The notes under the pieces are model-generated. The model was not told the DNA's origin. It searched no databases and saw only the letters and a program-made list of their open reading frames with translations. Shown piece after piece: positions 59,691 to 64,000 of a stretch of DNA of 64,000 nt; positions within the stretch are counted from its first letter, which is position 1, and the number at the start of each line of letters is the position of its first letter. The stretch is taken from NCBI GenBank assembly GCA_963716145.1, contig OY970292.1, positions 597,171 to 661,170 on the forward strand, written 5' to 3'. Both the position numbers and the translations under genes were made by a program. This DNA is from Candidatus Levyibacteriota bacterium. GTDB lineage: Bacteria > Patescibacteriota > Microgenomatia > Levybacterales > UBA12049.

Positions 59691-60269
59691 ATGACAAACA
59701 ATTTATTAACGATTCAAAAAGCCGCGGAATTATTGGGTATTTCTACCAGAACTCTAAAGCGCTATGAGGAGAGAGGTCTCATAACACCCCAGCGCACTCC
59801 CGGAGACCAGCGTAGATATACACTAGAGGACATTGAAATATTGTCCAAGCGCACAAATGGAAATATAGCTCCTTCTTCAGTAATCGCTCCAGTGGCACAA
59901 TCAGTAGAATCACCACATTTAGCTTCCCAAACCAGGTCAGCAAAGCGTGTCTTCTGGTATCTGCTCATTCTCTTGCTGCTGATAGGAGGAAGCTATTGGA
60001 TTTTAAAAACTAACACAGATGCTCTGCGTGAGCAGCAGGCACAAAACCAGTTGGAGCAGCAGGCACTTGAGGATAAGGTGGATAAGTTAAGAGGTAATTC
60101 CTATACTTCCAACCTAACAGCCAAAGATCTCAGAGTAGCCCAGAATATAAGTACGCAGGATCTGCTTGTTGAGAACAACCTGACTGTTGGGGGAAGCTCC
60201 AACTTACAATATCTGAATGTGTCTGGAGGCACTACCCTGGCAAATCTGACTGTTACAAATGGCCCCTAA
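59691..60269 (+). CDS. MerR-type HTH, transmembrane helix and coiled-coil segment; probable N-terminus of the downstream giant protein
   Basis: 'LLTIQKAAELLGISTRTLKRYEERGLITPQR...RRYTLEDIEIL' (MerR/HTH_17-like), then 'VFWYLLILLLLIGGSYWIL', then 'NLTVGGSSNLQYLNVSGGTTLANLTVTNGP*'. The frame two positions over continues without a stop into ORF 60359. Confidence 0.5.
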   Translation: MTNNLLTIQKAAELLGISTRTLKRYEERGLITPQRTPGDQRRYTLEDIEILSKRTNGNIAPSSVIAPVAQSVESPHLASQTRSAKRVFWYLLILLLLIGGSYWILKTNTDALREQQAQNQLEQQALEDKVDKLRGNSYTSNLTAKDLRVAQNISTQDLLVENNLTVGGSSNLQYLNVSGGTTLANLTVTNGP

Positions 60270-61645
60270 ACCTTCCCAACGGCTCAATTGATAACTCGGA
60301 ATTAGTCAATTCAACCCTAACCTACAATGCGGGAAGCGGTTTAACAGGTGGAGGAATCTTGGCACTTGGCGGAACAGCGACTTTTGACATTGGAGCGGGA
60401 AATGGCATACAGGTTGAGGATGACAAAATAAGCGTTATATACGGCGAAAGCGCCAATACTTCGGTTGTGGGTAATCAAACCATTGAGATTGCAGCCGGAA
60501 GCAATCTAGCTGGTGGCGGAGTACTCACTCTTGGTGCGGGAGGAACACTGACTCTTGAGACTATATCAAACCCTATATTTTCCACATCAGTTACCTCTCC
60601 CCTTCTATATCTGACTAACTCGGGCTTTACTACAGTTCTTCAAACTACGACTTTGACTGCTGATCAAACCATTACACTTCCTGATGATACCGGAGAGGTC
60701 TGTATCTCAACCGGTAATTGCGCGGGACTTGGCGGTACTATAGCAGGTGCAGGTACGCCAAATCGAGTTGCAAAATTCAATACTTCGAGTACTATAAGCG
60801 ATTCCAGCATCAATGATCTATATTCTGCAGTTGCTATGACAATTGATGCATCCGGGAACGTGGGAATCGGCAATACAGCTCCTTCTTATCAACTTGAGGT
60901 AGGAAGCGGAGCTTTCGGAGCTGGCAGGCTTAACCTGAATGGGTCTCAGCCATTCCTGAGAATCCAGGATACCGACGCCGGCTTTGCCACAAACTGGCTT
61001 TTTCAGGCTTTCAATAACCGCCTGCGGCTTCTCAATAATGACGGTGCTACAGAGCCTCTCTCAATATTGACCAATGGCAACGTGGGCATCGGAACGACAG
61101 CACCCTTGAGTAATTTTCATGTATCAAGCGCTACTGGCACAACAGGAAATATCCTTCTGGATACTTATGGAGGAAACGGACAGGTAAGCATTAGGAGGGC
61201 TAACGGCACACCATCAAGTCCTACCGCAGTTCTAAGCGGTGAAGGCATTGGGGCTTTCGGGGCACGAGGTTATGGTGCTACAGGATTTAGCGGTGGCAAT
61301 AGAGCGCGTATTCTTTTCTCAGCTGCTGAGAACTGGACTGACACAGCTCAGGGAACATTCTTGGATCTACAGACCACACCTACCGGGAGCACTACTATTA
61401 CCAGCCGATTGCGGATTACTGCAGATGGCAACGTGGGTATTGGCACTAATACCCCATCCTCCTTCAAACTCGAAATAGCAGGCAACATCGGGCCTGAGGC
61501 GGATAATACTCGCAACCTGGGATCGGCTATCAGACGCTGGGCGAATATTTATGCGACCAACATAACTGGCGCAGTTACTCCCACAGGATTTACTCCAGGA
61601 AGTGTCGTCTTCGCGGGTACGGGTGGTCCACTTAACACAAAATAA
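60262..61645 (+). CDS. Giant repeat protein (second locus), segment 1 (frame open from ~60262; ORF 60359..61645)
   Basis: GNVGIGTT modules and 'FKLEIAGNIGPEADNTRNLGSAIRRWANIYATNITGAVTPTGF', paralogous to 421..600. Confidence 0.65.
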
Positions 61646-62999
61646 CGCGAATTTCTTCTGGGATGATTCAAATGCCAGATTGGGGATAGGGACAACTGCG
61701 CCTAGTACGCAGTTAAATATTGTAGCTAATGGATCATCTGCTCAAGCTCATATTGATACTTATGGAAATAGTAATGCTACTGTACTTTCTTTAAGGCGTG
61801 CCAAAGGGTCTTTCACTACGCCTACTGCTGTTATTTCCGCAGATTTGCTTGGAAGATTAAGTTTCCGCGGTTATGATGGCAGCGCATTCTCCAATAACAG
61901 AGTAAGCATAGATGGTTCAGCTGCCGAAGCATGGACAACGGGCGCCAATGGTACTTACTTGAGCTTTCTTACTACCTCACTGGGAACAACCACAACTTCT
62001 GAAAGAATGCGCATCGATGCCACCGGCAATGTGGGGATCGGGACGACAGCGCCTGGATACAGCCTGGAAGTATTACGGGATGGGAGCACTGCGAATTTAG
62101 GTTTGACCAATTATGGTTCGGTGACTCCCGCCATAAACGGGCGCCGCGCAAGAGGAAGTGTCGCTTCTCCTTTGGCTCTGGCAGTAGATAATGGCATACT
62201 CAGCCTGAATGGTGGCGGATATGATGGAACAAGCTTCACTGATATTGGTGCTCGCATTTTATTTTCTGCTGCAGAAGCATGGACCGTAAGTACCCATGGA
62301 ACATATATGCGGTTTGATACAACACCAATTGGGAGCACAACCGTAGCTGAGCGTATGCGGATAGACGCAGCCGGCAACGTGGGAATCGGCACCGTGACCC
62401 CAACGTCCTTCAAACTTGAAGTTGCTGGCAATGTAGGACCTGAGGCGGATAATACCCGGGACTTGGGAAGCGCATCGCGACGATGGGCCAACATATATGC
62501 TACCAATTTTGTCGGAGCCATTACCCCAACAGGATTTACCCCAGGTTCAGTAGTCTTTGCCGGCCCGGGAAGAAGCCTTTCTCAGGATAATCCCAACTTC
62601 TTCTGGGATGATACAAATAACAGGTTGGGTATAGGGACCACTGCGCCTGCGGGAATTTTGGATCTCACGGGTTCAGCGGGAGTGACCCAAAATCTGACCA
62701 GAAGCTCCGCAGATACTAGTGCGGCAAATATCCGATTCAGAAAAGACCGTGTCGCCGCCATTGTGCAAAACGGTGATGAATTGGGATACCTCGATTTTAG
62801 TGGATATGACGGCGGGACATATAGGAGAGGTGCTTATATTGCGTCATTTGTAGATGGTGTTCCCGGCGCATCTGATATGCCGGGGAACTTGGCTTTTGCC
62901 ACCACTCCAGATGGTGCTGTAGCTTCGATAGAGCGTATGAGAATAACCAATGCCGGCAACGTAGGGATCGGGCACCACCGCGCCTGCGGCACTTCTTGA
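61602..62999 (+). CDS. Giant repeat protein (second locus), segment 2
   Basis: The junction with segment 1 needs a 1-nt correction near 61628 ('cttaAcac'). Same repeat family. Confidence 0.65.
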   Translation: MSSSRVRVVHLTQNNANFFWDDSNARLGIGTTAPSTQLNIVANGSSAQAHIDTYGNSNATVLSLRRAKGSFTTPTAVISADLLGRLSFRGYDGSAFSNNRVSIDGSAAEAWTTGANGTYLSFLTTSLGTTTTSERMRIDATGNVGIGTTAPGYSLEVLRDGSTANLGLTNYGSVTPAINGRRARGSVASPLALAVDNGILSLNGGGYDGTSFTDIGARILFSAAEAWTVSTHGTYMRFDTTPIGSTTVAERMRIDAAGNVGIGTVTPTSFKLEVAGNVGPEADNTRDLGSASRRWANIYATNFVGAITPTGFTPGSVVFAGPGRSLSQDNPNFFWDDTNNRLGIGTTAPAGILDLTGSAGVTQNLTRSSADTSAANIRFRKDRVAAIVQNGDELGYLDFSGYDGGTYRRGAYIASFVDGVPGASDMPGNLAFATTPDGAVASIERMRITNAGNVGIGHHRACGTS

Positions 63000-64000
63000 A
63001 GTTGCTTCAAGTACAAATCCCAGCCTTACCGGTACAGCCTGGACACAGCTCCTCAATGATACGCGCAGCGCTACTATCGGGGTAGGTGGAAGTTTGCTCT
63101 TCAAGGGGTATAAAACAGCACAGACAAATTCGGCTGTATTTGCCGGTATATGGGGACAAAAAGAAAATTCTACATCAGGTAACGAAGCTGGAACACTCCT
63201 CTTTTACACCAATCCTAATACAGGCGTTTTGACTGAAAGAATGAGAATTGATTCAAACGGTAACGTGGGCATCGGTACCGCCACCCCATCCTCCTTCAAA
63301 CTCGAAATAGCAGGCAACATCGGGCCTGATGGAGATTTGACTCGTGATCTTGGATCAGCTTCAAAGAGATGGAACAATTTGTATGTTGGCACAGTTGTCG
63401 GAGGAGCAACATCATCTGGAAATATCAATCCGTCAGCTGATAACACATATGACCTGGGTACTACATCTCTCCGCTGGAGAAAAGTTGAGGTAGGACCTGG
63501 CTCACTTGAACTTACTTCCACAACCGGAACCAGTGGTGCAGGAGCAAATTACACTCTGGGTAAGCTTGAGTTTGCCACCAACAACCTCAAGCTTTCAACC
63601 AGTGCGGTCGGATCTGGTAACACCGGTACACTCCAGCTGACAACAGGCGCAAATGTAGGGCTGAACATTGATACATCAGGCAACGTGGGCATTGGGACGA
63701 CTTCTCCCAATCTTGGAGGAATTGCGGGCACGGCATTGACCATCTTGGGAAGCAGTACAAATCGTGGAACGTTAGAGTTAGGCAGCACCACTGCTACAAC
63801 AGGGCCTGTAGGTGATATTACCGGATTTAGTGGTTCTACGGCTACACAAAAAATTCAATTCGCAGGAGATGGAGTAAATACCGATGCCGGGTATATTAAG
63901 TTTTTCACCAAAGCAACAAGTACGGCCATAGCTGAAAGAATGAGAATAGACACAAATGGCAACGTGGGTATTGGGACTACAAATCCTACTTATCAACTTC
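62983..64000 (+). CDS. Giant repeat protein (second locus), segment 3 (3'-partial; reading frame 1, no Met start, so not in the ORF track)
   Basis: Frame 1 reads 'GTTAPAALLEVASS...ERMRIDSNGNVGIGTATPSSFKLEIAGNIGPD...ERMRIDTNGNVGIGTTNPTYQL' without stops to the window end. An extra 'c' at ~62979 separates it from segment 2. Confidence 0.6.

Overview
Low-GC, gene-dense bacterial window whose gene content (LysW-type arginine pathway, ComEC/ComEA, sortase, dockerin proteins, very few ribosome-binding sites) resembles a CPR/Patescibacteria-type genome. It uses the standard genetic code: atpA, atpD, carB and leuS are full length with TGA as stop. Both ends are occupied by giant repeat-protein genes with a recurring 'GNVGIGTT(A/S)P' module (tail-fibre-like). 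Each is broken into consecutive ORFs by single-base frame changes. Between them lie, in order: a four-helix-bundle protein; an F-type ATP synthase operon (c-like, b, delta, alpha, gamma, beta, epsilon) with an odd first gene and no subunit a in the window; a sortase; tRNA-Arg(CCT); a small island with an ECF-like sigma factor flanked by 32-bp direct repeats; ndk; an M16 peptidase; three tandem paralogous Cys/Asp-rich secreted proteins with C-terminal dockerin repeats; argS; a LysW-carrier arginine biosynthesis operon (argF-lysW-lysX-argC-argB-argD plus a class-II-amidotransferase-like hydrolase); carAB; lepB; argH preceded by a promoter, a T-box-like leader and a terminator; an RND efflux pump with its adaptor; a two-component system; ComEC and ComEA; leuS; two secreted surface proteins; and a MerR-type HTH segment apparently joined by a frameshift to the next giant gene. 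The most unusual genome-level features are 7-8-bp tandem microsatellites and a ~20-bp palindromic motif inserted in frame inside essential genes (argS, carB, leuS, argB, the M16 peptidase), and a ~105-bp leader module repeated between the ATP synthase genes. No CRISPR array, Cas gene, restriction-modification system or rRNA gene is visible.
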